Origin: Candidatus Daviesbacteria bacterium RIFCSPHIGHO2_12_FULL_37_16
GTDB lineage: Bacteria; Patescibacteriota; Microgenomatia; Daviesbacterales; UBA10151
Length of the DNA: 64,000 bases
Direction of reading: 5' to 3'
Assembly: GCA_001776785.1 (NCBI GenBank)
Contig: MFDF01000006.1
Span: 16,769-80,768 of the forward strand
The notes under the pieces are model-generated. The model ran no database searches and was not told the origin of the DNA. It worked only from the letters and a program-made list of their open reading frames with translations. The first letter of the stretch is position 1. Every line of letters starts with the position of its first letter. Below, piece by piece: positions 1-10,518 of the stretch. The position numbers were made by a program, and so were the translations under genes.

Positions 1-1
1 A

Positions 2-481
2 GATCCAAAAAAAGATATTGATGGATTAACTTCAAAAAGACTAGTACCTCCTGCTGCTGCAAAGGCTTCTATGCAGATTCTACTTGATGAAGGAGTTGAA
101 GTTAAGGGTAAAAATGCAGTAGTGTTGGGAGCAAGTGAACTGGTTGGAAAACCAATGGGAAGATTACTTGAGGAATATGGGGCCAAAGTTATAGTGTGCA
201 ATAGTAAAACAGAAGACTTGGTTGAAAAAACTAGAAAGGCAGATATTATAGTAAGTGCCGTAGGAAAACCCGGGATATTAACAGGAGATATGGTTTCAAA
301 AGGAGTTGTGGTTGTGGATATTGGAGCAGAAAAAGTTGGAGATAAGGTTGTAGGAGATGCAGATTTTGAAAGTGTTTCTAAAAAAGCTTCTAGGATTACT
401 CCAGTCCCTGGAGGAGTTGGTCCCATGACAATTATTGCACTTATGGAAAATGTATTAGAGCTTGTAGAGAAATACAAATAG
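2..481 (+). CDS. folD: Methylenetetrahydrofolate dehydrogenase/cyclohydrolase (5'-truncated by window)
   Basis: The frame is open back to the window edge (DPKKDIDG). Motifs G.S.LVGKP, ADIIVSAVG and TPVPGGVGPMT are present. Confidence 0.95.
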   Translation, partial: DPKKDIDGLTSKRLVPPAAAKASMQILLDEGVEVKGKNAVVLGASELVGKPMGRLLEEYGAKVIVCNSKTEDLVEKTRKADIIVSAVGKPGILTGDMVSKGVVVVDIGAEKVGDKVVGDADFESVSKKASRITPVPGGVGPMTIIALMENVLELVEKYK

Positions 482-485
482 ATTA

Positions 486-3302
486 ATGGTTGTAAGAATC
501 GAGGTTACCTCAAAGGTATTAGACACCAGGGCCAGGGTACTAAAAGAAAGATTAGATTCTTTTGGTTTTAAAAATATTTTGGATATTTCAATTGCTGATG
601 TTTATACAATTGAAAAAGATTTTTCAAAAAAACAGCTGAAAGAGATTGGACAACTTTTAACAAATCCCGTATCGCAAAAATTTAACATTAATACAGACTC
701 TGCACTGCCCAATTTTAGCTGGGCAGTAGAAATAGGATTTTTACCCGGAGTTACTGACAATGTGGCAAATACTACAAAAGAAATAATTGAAGATTTTTTT
801 AAGGATAAACTTAGAGATGGTGATAGAGTATATACCTCAAGACTTATATTTATAAACGGGAAGATATCAAAACTAGAGATAATTCAAATTACAGAGAGTT
901 TATTTAATCCTTTAATCCAAAGAGTTTCAATAAAAAAAAGAGATCAGTTTATTAAAGATAGCGGGATGGATCAAGTTGTCCCTGAGGTTAAATTAAACCA
1001 TGAAGTTAAAGTCTGTGAAGTTAATTTGAATATCACAGATGAGGATCTAATTAAAATTGGTAAAAGTGGGATTGAAAATGAGGATGGAACAAGAAGGGGA
1101 CCACTGGCGCTGGATCTGCAATATATGAAAACCATCCAAGGGTATTTTAAGAAACTTAAAAGAAATCCTAAAGATATAGAAATTGAATCTTTAGCCCAAA
1201 CTTGGTCTGAGCATTGTAAGCATACAATTTTTGCAGATCCAATTGATGATATTAAAGATGGTTTGTATAAAACATTTATTAAGGGAGCAACTGAGAAGAT
1301 TAGAAAAAAGTTAGGAAAAAAAGATTTTTGTGTTTCTGTATTTACTGATAACTCTGGTGCAATTGAATTTGATAAGGATTTTCTAATTACCCATAAGGTT
1401 GAAACCCACAATAGTCCCTCTGCTTTGGACCCATTTGGCGGGGCTATAACCGGGATTGGTGGGGTTAATAGGGACACAATTGGGTTTGGACTGGGAGCAA
1501 AACCTGTTGCTAATGTTTATGGATTTTGTTTTGCAGACCCCTCTGACACGTCTTCCCTTTTCAAGGACTCTAAATTAACACAAAAAATGCTTTCACCCAG
1601 AAGAATCTTGGATGGGGTAATTGCAGGGATTAATGCCGGAGGCAACCAGTCTGGAATTCCAACTCCCCAGGGGTTTTTATATTTTGATAAAAGCTATAAG
1701 GGTAAGCCATTGGTTTTTTGCGGGACTTTGGGGATTATTCCAAAAAAAGCTGGGAAAAGAATTTCTCATTTAAAAAAAGCAGAAAATGGAGACTACATAG
1801 TTATGGTGGGAGGAAGAGTTGGACTTGATGGGATTCATGGAGCAACTTTCTCTTCAGAGGCATTGTCTTCAGGTTCTCCTGCATCAGCTGTCCAGATTGG
1901 TGACCCAATTACCCAAAAGAAATTTTCTAATGCAATAGTTAAAGAGGCAAGGGATCTAAATTTATATAACTCCATTACTGATAATGGGGCTGGTGGACTT
2001 TCTTGTTCTGTTTCAGAAATGGCCAAAGAATCTAATGGATGTGAGGTAAATTTGGAGAAAGTACCTTTAAAATATCCAGGTCTTGACCCCTGGCAGATTT
2101 GGATTTCTGAATCTCAGGAAAGAATGACACTTTCAGTCCCTAAGAAAAATTTAGAAAGGTTTTTAGATTTAATGAAAAAAAGAGGGGTGGAGGCAACTGT
2201 AATTGGAAAGTTTACTAATTCAGGAAAATGTCAGGTCAGATTTAAAAATAAACTGAAAGTGGATTTGGATTTAGAATTTTTACATAATGGTTTGCCAAAA
2301 AGAAATCTGAAGACTAAAAAACCTAAACTTTTAAAAAAGAAGCTCGTTGTTAACAACTTAAATTATTCAAGCTTTGAATTTGTTTCAAATCAATATGACC
2401 ATGAAGTACAAGGATCATCTGTCTTAAAACCTTTGCAGGGAAGAGGCAGGGTTAATGCAGATGCATCAATTATTAAACCAATATTTAATTCAAATAAAGG
2501 AGTAGCAATATCCCAGGCTTTATATCCTGAACTTACTGATATTAATCCATATTTAATGGCTTCCTACTGCATTGATGAGGCAGTCAGGAATTTAGTTGTT
2601 GTAGGGGCAAATCCGCAAAAGATTGCACTTTTAGATAATTTTTGCTGGTGCAGCTCAAATGACCCTGAGAGGCTGTGGCAGTTAAAGGAGTCTTTAAAAG
2701 GGTGTTTTGATTTGGCAACTTTTTACAATACGCCTTTTATTTCTGGAAAAGATAGTATGTTTAATGATTTTAATGGATTTAATGAAAAAGGCAGGCCAGT
2801 TAAAATTTCAGTCCTCCCTACCCTTTTAATTTCATCTATAGGAATAGTTGAGGATATAGAAAAAGCTGTATCAATTGATCCAAAATTTTCTGGTGATTTA
2901 ATTTATTTACTGGGGGAACATCCCAAAGAATTACTTCCTAAAGTTAATCCCAAAATAAATCAAAGAATTTATCAAATATATCATCAGGCAGCAGATAACG
3001 GGTTGATCTCATCTGGAATAAGCATTACAAGAGGTGGATTAAAGGAAGCATTAATTAAAATGTTTCTTTCAGGAAATTTAGGATTGGAATTAAATGATAA
3101 TAATACTTTGAATAATTTATCTTCTGGAAGAATTATTGTAACAATTAATCCTGATTTAAAAATACAATTTGAAAAGTTATTTAAAGGTTTGCCATTTAAA
3201 CAGATAGGAACCATCCAAGGAGATAAATTATCAATAAAGGGACAAGAAACAAATCTAAAATCTGCAGAAAAATTATATAAAGATAGTTTTAGAAGTTTTT
3301 AA
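486..3302 (+). CDS. purL: FGAM synthase subunit PurL with N-terminal PurS-like extension
   Basis: QTWSEHCKH, KVETHNSPS, D.GAGG, SESQERM, QYDHEV and ISGKDS motifs. About 170 aa N-terminal extension with PGVTD. Confidence 0.95.
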   Translation: MVVRIEVTSKVLDTRARVLKERLDSFGFKNILDISIADVYTIEKDFSKKQLKEIGQLLTNPVSQKFNINTDSALPNFSWAVEIGFLPGVTDNVANTTKEIIEDFFKDKLRDGDRVYTSRLIFINGKISKLEIIQITESLFNPLIQRVSIKKRDQFIKDSGMDQVVPEVKLNHEVKVCEVNLNITDEDLIKIGKSGIENEDGTRRGPLALDLQYMKTIQGYFKKLKRNPKDIEIESLAQTWSEHCKHTIFADPIDDIKDGLYKTFIKGATEKIRKKLGKKDFCVSVFTDNSGAIEFDKDFLITHKVETHNSPSALDPFGGAITGIGGVNRDTIGFGLGAKPVANVYGFCFADPSDTSSLFKDSKLTQKMLSPRRILDGVIAGINAGGNQSGIPTPQGFLYFDKSYKGKPLVFCGTLGIIPKKAGKRISHLKKAENGDYIVMVGGRVGLDGIHGATFSSEALSSGSPASAVQIGDPITQKKFSNAIVKEARDLNLYNSITDNGAGGLSCSVSEMAKESNGCEVNLEKVPLKYPGLDPWQIWISESQERMTLSVPKKNLERFLDLMKKRGVEATVIGKFTNSGKCQVRFKNKLKVDLDLEFLHNGLPKRNLKTKKPKLLKKKLVVNNLNYSSFEFVSNQYDHEVQGSSVLKPLQGRGRVNADASIIKPIFNSNKGVAISQALYPELTDINPYLMASYCIDEAVRNLVVVGANPQKIALLDNFCWCSSNDPERLWQLKESLKGCFDLATFYNTPFISGKDSMFNDFNGFNEKGRPVKISVLPTLLISSIGIVEDIEKAVSIDPKFSGDLIYLLGEHPKELLPKVNPKINQRIYQIYHQAADNGLISSGISITRGGLKEALIKMFLSGNLGLELNDNNTLNNLSSGRIIVTINPDLKIQFEKLFKGLPFKQIGTIQGDKLSIKGQETNLKSAEKLYKDSFRSF

Positions 3303-3304
3303 AA

Positions 3305-4108
3305 ATGAGTAAGCCAAAGGTTCTAGTATTTTCAGGATATGGATTAAATTGCGAGGAGGAAACAAAGTTTGCATTTGATGAAGCTGGAGGTAAAGCTGAG
3401 ATTGTTCATATTAATGATTTAATAGATGGCTCAAAAAAATTAGAGCAGTTTCAGGTGTTAGCTTTTCCCGGGGGATTTTCCTATGGGGATGATACAGGTT
3501 CTGGGAATGCCTATGCTAATAAATTAAGAAATCATTTATGGGAAAAAATAGATAAGTTTATAAAAGGGGATAAATTAGTTATTGGGATCTGTAATGGTTT
3601 TCAAATTATAGTTAATTTAGGATTACTGCCCGCACTTGGTAAGAATTATGGGGATAGACAAGTGGCACTTTTACATAATGATAATGCCCGCTATACTGTC
3701 AGATGGGTGGATTTAAAAGTTGAAGAGTGTAGTTCTCCATGGGTAAAAAATCTTCCTGATTTTTTTGCACCTATTGCCCATGGAGAAGGAAAGTTTTATG
3801 CAAGTGATAAGGTTTTAAAAAAATTGAATGAAAATAAACAAGTAGTTTTCCGCTATACTTTGAGGGAGATTTGTGAGTTGCAGAATCTAGACCCAAATCC
3901 AAATGGGTCTTTAGAGGATATTGCAGGGATTACAGATGAATCAGGAAAGATCTTAGGGTTAATGCCCCATCCTGAGAGAGCTATGTTTTTTACCCAATTC
4001 CCCCACTGGACATATTTAAAGGAAAAATTTAAAAGAGAGGGAAAACCAATTCCAAAATTTGGACCAGGATTGCAAATTTTTAAAAATGCAGTGAATTATT
4101 TTAAATAA
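3305..4108 (+). CDS. purQ: FGAM synthase glutaminase subunit
   Basis: PGGFSYGD, GICNGFQ, AHGEG, NPNGS and MPHPER motifs. Confidence 0.97.
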   Translation: MSKPKVLVFSGYGLNCEEETKFAFDEAGGKAEIVHINDLIDGSKKLEQFQVLAFPGGFSYGDDTGSGNAYANKLRNHLWEKIDKFIKGDKLVIGICNGFQIIVNLGLLPALGKNYGDRQVALLHNDNARYTVRWVDLKVEECSSPWVKNLPDFFAPIAHGEGKFYASDKVLKKLNENKQVVFRYTLREICELQNLDPNPNGSLEDIAGITDESGKILGLMPHPERAMFFTQFPHWTYLKEKFKREGKPIPKFGPGLQIFKNAVNYFK

Positions 4109-5058
4109 TGGAAAGGTATTTATTAGCTTTTGATTTTGATAATACAATTGCCCAAACATTTGTTCCAAGTCCAAACAACCTTGGAGTTTTAGAAGTGCAT
4201 GATTATGTGGTTAAAGATATTTTTGGAGAAAAAGGTTTGACAATTTATAAAAATAAACTGCAAGGATTACAGAATAGAGCACCTTTGGAACTTGTGCATC
4301 AACTATTGACACAAGAATGCAGTGAAACTTTAAAAGATTGCGCCTTAGAGTTTCTCAGAACAAAAGCTGAGAGTCTAAATGGACAGGTCCCAAAAGATAA
4401 AGGTATTCCCTTAGATCTTAACCTTAGGCCTTTAGATCAGGTTTTAACAGAGCTATTTGTTCGAACTAAATTATTATATCTTCTTTCTGAAGTTGGCCAA
4501 AAATTTCCGGATAGTAGGATATGGCCACAGCCGACTAACGGATTTTTAGAATTCTGGGAAACTGTCACAACGATTAATAGCCAAAGCGATTTTAGGATTG
4601 ATACAGCTATTATTTCTTCGGGACATGAAAATTTTATCAGAAAAACTTTTTCTGTTTGGGGAATTGATTGCCCGAATATTTTAGTAACTGATGATGATAT
4701 ACGGGCAAAGAAATATCCTCAGCAGCTAAATAGAAGAGTTAAACCTGGTGTATTTCCATTTGCTCTTGCACACCATGAGTGGTTAAGAATGCAAGCGCTT
4801 ACAGATTGCCACTTTGATATTAATTATGCTTCTGCAATAAGAGACAGAATAGTTTACTTTGGAGATGATCCACAAAAAGATGGGATGTTAGCAGAAAATT
4901 CTGGAGTAAGTTATGGTCAGTTTGGTAGTTTAGCATGGCAGCACCTTTATAATAATCAGTTTGCCTTTGATGATTGGTGCGATCCAGCGTATGCTCTTAA
5001 ATCGCACCAAACCTATCTTCAAGTAGGAATGCCTATTGCCGAAGCTTTTATTTATTAA
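4108..5058 (+). CDS. HAD-superfamily hydrolase, substrate unknown
   Basis: HAD motifs FDFDNT, ISSG, KP and FGDD. Start overlaps the purQ stop. Confidence 0.75.
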   Translation: MERYLLAFDFDNTIAQTFVPSPNNLGVLEVHDYVVKDIFGEKGLTIYKNKLQGLQNRAPLELVHQLLTQECSETLKDCALEFLRTKAESLNGQVPKDKGIPLDLNLRPLDQVLTELFVRTKLLYLLSEVGQKFPDSRIWPQPTNGFLEFWETVTTINSQSDFRIDTAIISSGHENFIRKTFSVWGIDCPNILVTDDDIRAKKYPQQLNRRVKPGVFPFALAHHEWLRMQALTDCHFDINYASAIRDRIVYFGDDPQKDGMLAENSGVSYGQFGSLAWQHLYNNQFAFDDWCDPAYALKSHQTYLQVGMPIAEAFIY

Positions 5059-5061
5059 ATA

Positions 5062-5586
5062 ATGAATAACTGGTATGTAATTACTGGCGGACCAAGTTCC
5101 GGCAAGACAACACTAATTAAATTATTGGGGGGCAAAGGTTACAGAGTTATCCATGAACAAGCGCGTGAATTAATTGATCAAGAATTATATAAGGGTAAAA
5201 CATTAGGACAAATTAGAAGAGACGAGGGTAAATTTCAAAAAAAAGTTCTGGAGATGAAGATTACTTTAGAAAAAAAACTTTCCAAAGAAGAGTTAATATT
5301 CTTTGACAGAGGGATTCCTGATACTTTAGCATACTGCTGGTTTCATAAGATTCCTGTTGATAAATTGTTAAAAAAAGCCCTAAAAAAATCTAGTTATAAA
5401 AAAGTATTTTTGTTGGAACTAATAAAATATTATGAGGATTATGCAAGAAATGAGAGTGCTGAAGAATCTAGAGAAATAGAAAAATTACTAGAAAAAACTT
5501 ACCGAGGACTTAATATGTCAGTGATAAAAGTTCCAGAGGGAACTATAAAAGAAAGGGTTAAATTCATACTTAAAAATATAAATTAA
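5062..5586 (+). CDS. P-loop NTPase, NadR/AAA_28-like
   Basis: ITGGPSSGKTT Walker A and FFDRGIPD. Confidence 0.85.
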   Translation: MNNWYVITGGPSSGKTTLIKLLGGKGYRVIHEQARELIDQELYKGKTLGQIRRDEGKFQKKVLEMKITLEKKLSKEELIFFDRGIPDTLAYCWFHKIPVDKLLKKALKKSSYKKVFLLELIKYYEDYARNESAEESREIEKLLEKTYRGLNMSVIKVPEGTIKERVKFILKNIN

Positions 5587-6857
5587 ATTATAATTAAATC
5601 TTCTCTTCCTTCACCAATCCCAATTAAGCTTATTCTGGTATCAGTTATCTGGGATATTCTATTGCAGTAAAATTGTGCCTCTAATGGTAAATCTTTAAAT
5701 TTTCTAACCCAAGATATATCCTCCATCTTAAACTTAGAAATGTTGCAGGGGATACATTTTTCCAGGGCATCATTATCATTTGCTGGAAATATATCTGTTT
5801 GTTCACCATCAAGCTGATATCCATAATTGATTTGGGCTTTCCCAAATTCTGACAGTGTATCAAGCCTTGTTAGAGCAATATCAGTGTAACCATTTAACTG
5901 ACTGGAGTATAAAGCTGCAACACCGTCAAACCAGCCAACTCTTCTTGGTCTATTAGTTGTTGCTCCATATTCATGACCCAGCTCTCTAAGCCTATCTCCT
6001 TCTTCACCTTTTAACTCTGTTGGAAAACCGCCGTTTCCAACTCTTGAATCATATGCTTTGAATACACCAATTGCCTGAGTTAGTGCAGATGGCGGAATTC
6101 CTGCACCCTGCAGTAATCCTCCAATTGTTGTTGAGGAAGAAGTTACATATGGCAGTGTTCCATAATCTTTGTCCAAAAGTGTGCCCTGTGCTCCTTCAAT
6201 TACTATTTTTGAATCATGGCTTAAATATTTATTTATTAAAGCTTGAGAATCTGTAATATATTCTTCTAATTCAAGAAACCATTGCCCCCTTAAATCTTCA
6301 TAATAATCTGTATGCAACTGGGGATTATCTGCACCCGGATAAGAATCTCGCTTTCTTTTAAGGAGAGGTTTAAGTTTTCCCATGAATGTATCCAAGTCAT
6401 TAATATCAGCAACTGATAACCCATCCCTGCTTGTTCTGTCTGTGTATGCAGGACCAATCCCTCTGTTTGTTGTTCCAATTCCTCCATTTTCTCTTTGTCC
6501 TTCTCTTAATTTATCTTCAATGATATGCACTGGAAGGACAAGAGCAGCACGGTTGCTTATTCTAATATTTGAGACATCAACACCTTTTTCTTGCAGATCA
6601 GCTATTTCATTAATAAAACTAACTGGATTGAAAACAGTTCCTGTGCCAATAATATTTAAACAATCTGGATTAAAAATACCTGAAGGGACTTGATGAAGAA
6701 CAAATTTTCCAGTCCCATTTTTTATTGTATGGCCTGCGTTATCACCGCCTTGTGCCCTGATAACTACATCTGCGGATTGTGCAAAATGATCAACAATTTT
6801 TCCTTTACCCTCGTCTCCCCATTTACCTCCATTTACTGCAATTACTTCTGCGCTCAT
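5583..6857 (-). CDS. purA: Adenylosuccinate synthetase
   Basis: WGDEGKGK, GG.NAGHT, IGTT.RGIGPAY, EGAQG and EYGATT.RPRR motifs. Confidence 0.97.
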   Translation of the reverse strand: MSAEVIAVNGGKWGDEGKGKIVDHFAQSADVVIRAQGGDNAGHTIKNGTGKFVLHQVPSGIFNPDCLNIIGTGTVFNPVSFINEIADLQEKGVDVSNIRISNRAALVLPVHIIEDKLREGQRENGGIGTTNRGIGPAYTDRTSRDGLSVADINDLDTFMGKLKPLLKRKRDSYPGADNPQLHTDYYEDLRGQWFLELEEYITDSQALINKYLSHDSKIVIEGAQGTLLDKDYGTLPYVTSSSTTIGGLLQGAGIPPSALTQAIGVFKAYDSRVGNGGFPTELKGEEGDRLRELGHEYGATTNRPRRVGWFDGVAALYSSQLNGYTDIALTRLDTLSEFGKAQINYGYQLDGEQTDIFPANDNDALEKCIPCNISKFKMEDISWVRKFKDLPLEAQFYCNRISQITDTRISLIGIGEGREDLIII

Positions 6858-6952
6858 ATTTTAAAACCTTAAGAAGTTTACCAATCTAAAAAATTATTTT
6901 CAAGTTATTGAAACTATGGACAAATATTTAAGTTTAAGTTATATAATAATGA

Positions 6953-7966
6953 ATGTTAAATGGCAAATTAACGATAGTTACTCTGGGATCACATTCTGCA
7001 CTACAAATTCTTAAAGGGGCAAAAGATGAAGGTTTTAAAACTTTAGTTGTAACAACAACTGAGAAAGCCCATTTTTATAAAAGATTTAAATTTATTGATG
7101 AAATTTTATCAATACCTGAATATTCAGATTTTGAAAGTATTGAAAAAAAATTAAGAAACAAAAATTGCATACTTGTTCCCCATGGATCTTTTGTTGCCCA
7201 CTTAGGGCTTGAGATAAATAAGAGAATGTCTTTGCCATATTTTGGGAATAAATCAGTATTGGACTTTGAAGCACATAGGGAAAAACAAAGACAGTGGTTG
7301 AAAAATGCAGATATTAATGTCCCGGCCCAATTTGAAGATGTTGAAAATATTTCTTATCCTGTAATTGTTAAATCTTATGGAGCTGCCGGTGGCAAGGGTT
7401 ATTTTTATGCTAAATCAAAAAATGATTTTAAGAAAAAAATGGGAAACTTTAAAGCCAAACATTATGTTATCCAGGAGTATGTAATTGGAGTAACTTTATA
7501 TATACATTATTTTTATTCTCCATTGACCAGTGAGCTTGAGATATTAAGCATGGACAGAAGATATGAAACAAATGTTGATTCTTTGGGCAGGATTCCCCTG
7601 AGAGGGCAGGTTGGTCTTAAAATTGAACCAAGCTATGTAGTTGTGGGAAACAGCCCGCTAATTTTGAGAGAGTCTTTATTGCATGAAGCTTACGATATGG
7701 GTGAGCGGATTATCAAAGCATCAAAAGAGCTGATTGATAAAAGAGGTCTTTGGGGACCATTTTGTTTAGAGACTGTCATAACAGAGGATTCTGAATTTTT
7801 TGCAATGGAGATATCCTGTAGGATTGTTGCAGGGACTAATTTATTTATTGAAGGGTCCCCATATTCCTGGCTTACATATGATGAACCTATGAGTACTGGC
7901 AGAAGAATTGCCAGAGAGATAAAAATTGCAAAAAAGAAGAATAAATTGTCTCAGGTTTTAAATTGA
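6953..7966 (+). CDS. purP: Formate-dependent FAICAR synthetase, archaeal PurP family (ATP-grasp)
   Basis: LGSHSAL..LKGAKDEGF, PHGSF, DRRYETN.D, GPFCLE and EIS.RIVAGTN motifs. Confidence 0.9.
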   Translation: MLNGKLTIVTLGSHSALQILKGAKDEGFKTLVVTTTEKAHFYKRFKFIDEILSIPEYSDFESIEKKLRNKNCILVPHGSFVAHLGLEINKRMSLPYFGNKSVLDFEAHREKQRQWLKNADINVPAQFEDVENISYPVIVKSYGAAGGKGYFYAKSKNDFKKKMGNFKAKHYVIQEYVIGVTLYIHYFYSPLTSELEILSMDRRYETNVDSLGRIPLRGQVGLKIEPSYVVVGNSPLILRESLLHEAYDMGERIIKASKELIDKRGLWGPFCLETVITEDSEFFAMEISCRIVAGTNLFIEGSPYSWLTYDEPMSTGRRIAREIKIAKKKNKLSQVLN

Positions 7967-9051
7967 TGAATTATACAGTTGCAACAATTGGATCGCATAG
8001 TGCACTTGATATATGCAGAGGGGCCAAAGATGAAGGGTTTGAAACTTTAGTTGTGGCCCAAAAAGGTAGAGAAAAAACTTATGCAAAATATTATAAAACA
8101 CATGCTAATTTGGGATGTATTGATGAGGTAGTAGTATTAAATAAGTTTTCTGATATTTTATACAAAGAGATTCAAGAGAAGTTAAAAAAAAGTAATTCAA
8201 TTTTTATTCCAAACAGGTCTTTTGAGGTTTATCTGGATTTTGATTACTCCTCAATTGAAAAAAAGTTTAATATTCCAATTTTTGGGAATAAGTTTTTATT
8301 AAAAATTGAAGAAAGGTCTGCTAAACCAAACCAATATGATCTTTTGGATAAGGCAAAAATAAGAACCCCTAAAAGATTTAAAGATCCTAAAAAAATTGAC
8401 AGGCTTTGTATAGTTAAAGTTTTAGAAAGCATCAGAGGATTTGAGAGGGCCTTTTTTTTAATAGATAGTTATAAAGATTATCAAAACCAAGTTGAGCAAA
8501 GGTTAAAAAATAAAGTTTTTACCAGTGTGCAGTTAAAAAATGCTGTCATTGAAGAATTTATTACAGGGGTACAAGTTAATTTTAACTTTTTTTATTCACC
8601 TATTGATAAAAGATTAGAGCTTTTGGGAACTGACACAAGAAGACAAACAAACTTAGATGGAATACTTAGAATTCCTGTAGATCATCAACTGAAGATTATA
8701 GAAAAATTAGATGTTAAATATGAAGAGGCAGGACATATTGCAGTGACAGTTTTAGAATCTATGCTTGAGCAGATTTTTGAGATAGGTGAAAGATTTGTAA
8801 AGACCAGTCAAAAACTTTATCCCCCTGGGGTTATTGGACCATTTGCACTGCAAGCTGCAATACTTCCAGGACCTCCAAAAAAAGAAATTGTGGTTTTTGA
8901 TGTTTCCCCAAGAATGCCTGGCAGTCCCGGGATCTCTGCCACCCCCTACTCTGGTTATTTATATGGTGAACCAATTTCTGTTGGTAAAAGGATAGCAATG
9001 GAAATAAAAAGAGCAATTGAAATAGATAGATTAAAGGAGATTATAACTTAA
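7963..9051 (+). CDS. purP: Second PurP-family ATP-grasp paralog
   Basis: IGSHSALD..GAKDEGF, PNRSF, D.RRQTNLDG, GPFALQ and DVSPRMPGSP motifs. Overlaps the first purP. Confidence 0.85.
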   Translation: MMNYTVATIGSHSALDICRGAKDEGFETLVVAQKGREKTYAKYYKTHANLGCIDEVVVLNKFSDILYKEIQEKLKKSNSIFIPNRSFEVYLDFDYSSIEKKFNIPIFGNKFLLKIEERSAKPNQYDLLDKAKIRTPKRFKDPKKIDRLCIVKVLESIRGFERAFFLIDSYKDYQNQVEQRLKNKVFTSVQLKNAVIEEFITGVQVNFNFFYSPIDKRLELLGTDTRRQTNLDGILRIPVDHQLKIIEKLDVKYEEAGHIAVTVLESMLEQIFEIGERFVKTSQKLYPPGVIGPFALQAAILPGPPKKEIVVFDVSPRMPGSPGISATPYSGYLYGEPISVGKRIAMEIKRAIEIDRLKEIIT

Positions 9052-9054
9052 CCA

Positions 9055-9106
9055 TGTCATTCTGAGTGAAACGAAGAATATATCCTTCACATAGTTCGGG
9101 ATGACA
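9055..9106. repeat. TGTCAT...ATGACA palindromic element (intergenic)
   Basis: tgtcattctga...tcgggatgaca, an imperfect terminal inverted repeat. Same family as 17682, 31306 and 60496. Confidence 0.75.
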
Positions 9107-9120
9107 AGAAACACAATATT

Positions 9121-10509
9121 ATGAATGATTTTAAAACTTACCAATCCCCTTTTTCCTGGAGATATGGATCAAAAGAGATGAGAGAAATTTTTAGTGATGA
9201 AAATAAGTTTTTAACCTGGAGAAAGATTTGGGTTTCTTTGGCAAAAGCCCAATATGAGGCGGGATTAATTACAAAACAAGAACTTAATGATTTGGAAAAG
9301 AATCAAAAAAATTTAGATATTGAAAGAATATTAGAAATAGAAAAAGAAACCAATCATGATGTAGTTTCAGCAATTAGAGAATTTGCAGAAAAAGCAAAAA
9401 TTGGTGGTAAAAAAATTCATCTTGGTGCAACCAGCCAGGATATTGGTGACAATGCAGAGATTTTAAGAGACAAACAAGCTCTAGAGCTGGTAAGAGAGAA
9501 ATTAGTTCAGGTGATCAAAATATTTGGAGAAAAAATAGAAAAATACTCAGAACTTTCATGTATGGGCTATACCCACCTTCAGCCTGCAGAACCAACAACT
9601 TTAGGATACAGGTTTGCTTTTTATGCCCAGGATCTTTTGATAGATTTAGATTTCTTGGATTACATTTGCAAAACAATCAAAGGTAAGGGTTTAAAAGGGG
9701 CAGTTGGGACAGGAGCAAGTTATACAAGCTTACTTTATGGCAAAAAAACTTCAGCTGACCAATTAGAAAAAAGATTTTTAGCACTTTTAGATTTAGAGGC
9801 AGTAGAAATATCCAGTCAGGTTTATCCCAGAAAATTTGATTATTTAATTTTGACAGTTTTAAATTCTATCTCCTCGTCTCTTGCAAAGTTTGCTTTTGAT
9901 TTAAGAATTATGCAGTCCCCTGGGTTTGGGGAATGGCAGGAACCATTTTCTAAAAACCAGGTAGGGTCTTCTGCTATGCCGTTTAAGAAAAACCCATTAA
10001 ACTCAGAAAAGATTTGTTCCCTGGCAAGATATATTAATAATTTACCTCCAGTATTAGCAGAAAATGCCTCCAATTCCCTACTTGAGAGGACCTTAGATGA
10101 TTCTGCCAATAAGAGAGTTATTTTACCTGAGGCTTTTTTAGTTGCAGATGAAATATTAAAAACTTCCCAAAAAATAATTTTAGGAATATTAATAAATGAA
10201 AAAAAGATTAAATCTAATTTAGATCTTTATGCCCCATTTTCTGCTGTTGAATCAGTAATTATAGAAGCTGTAAAAAAAGGAGCTGACAGACAAGAGGTAC
10301 ATGAACACTTAAGAGAGCTTTCTATGAAATCATGGGGGAGGATACAAGATGGAGAAATTAATCCAATGATAGAAATGCTATTAAAGGATGCATATTTACT
10401 GAGGTACTTAAAATCAAGTGAGATTGAAAATTTACTTGATGTAAGAGGACACATTGGAGATGCACCTAAAAGAGCATTAAGGCTTGTTAAAATAATAAGA
10501 AAGTTGTAA
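9121..10509 (+). CDS. purB: Adenylosuccinate lyase
   Basis: HDV, IHLGATSQD, THLQPAEPTT, GSSAMPFKKNP and ERTLDDSA motifs. Confidence 0.97.
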   Translation: MNDFKTYQSPFSWRYGSKEMREIFSDENKFLTWRKIWVSLAKAQYEAGLITKQELNDLEKNQKNLDIERILEIEKETNHDVVSAIREFAEKAKIGGKKIHLGATSQDIGDNAEILRDKQALELVREKLVQVIKIFGEKIEKYSELSCMGYTHLQPAEPTTLGYRFAFYAQDLLIDLDFLDYICKTIKGKGLKGAVGTGASYTSLLYGKKTSADQLEKRFLALLDLEAVEISSQVYPRKFDYLILTVLNSISSSLAKFAFDLRIMQSPGFGEWQEPFSKNQVGSSAMPFKKNPLNSEKICSLARYINNLPPVLAENASNSLLERTLDDSANKRVILPEAFLVADEILKTSQKIILGILINEKKIKSNLDLYAPFSAVESVIIEAVKKGADRQEVHEHLRELSMKSWGRIQDGEINPMIEMLLKDAYLLRYLKSSEIENLLDVRGHIGDAPKRALRLVKIIRKL

Positions 10510-10518
10510 AAAATCTTA

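Noticed and set aside
5583-6857. purA as a possible PurZ (Z-base pathway) next to the HAD and NTPase genes
   Set aside because: It keeps the canonical GDEGKG catalytic Asp, whereas PurZ has Ser there. There is no phage context.
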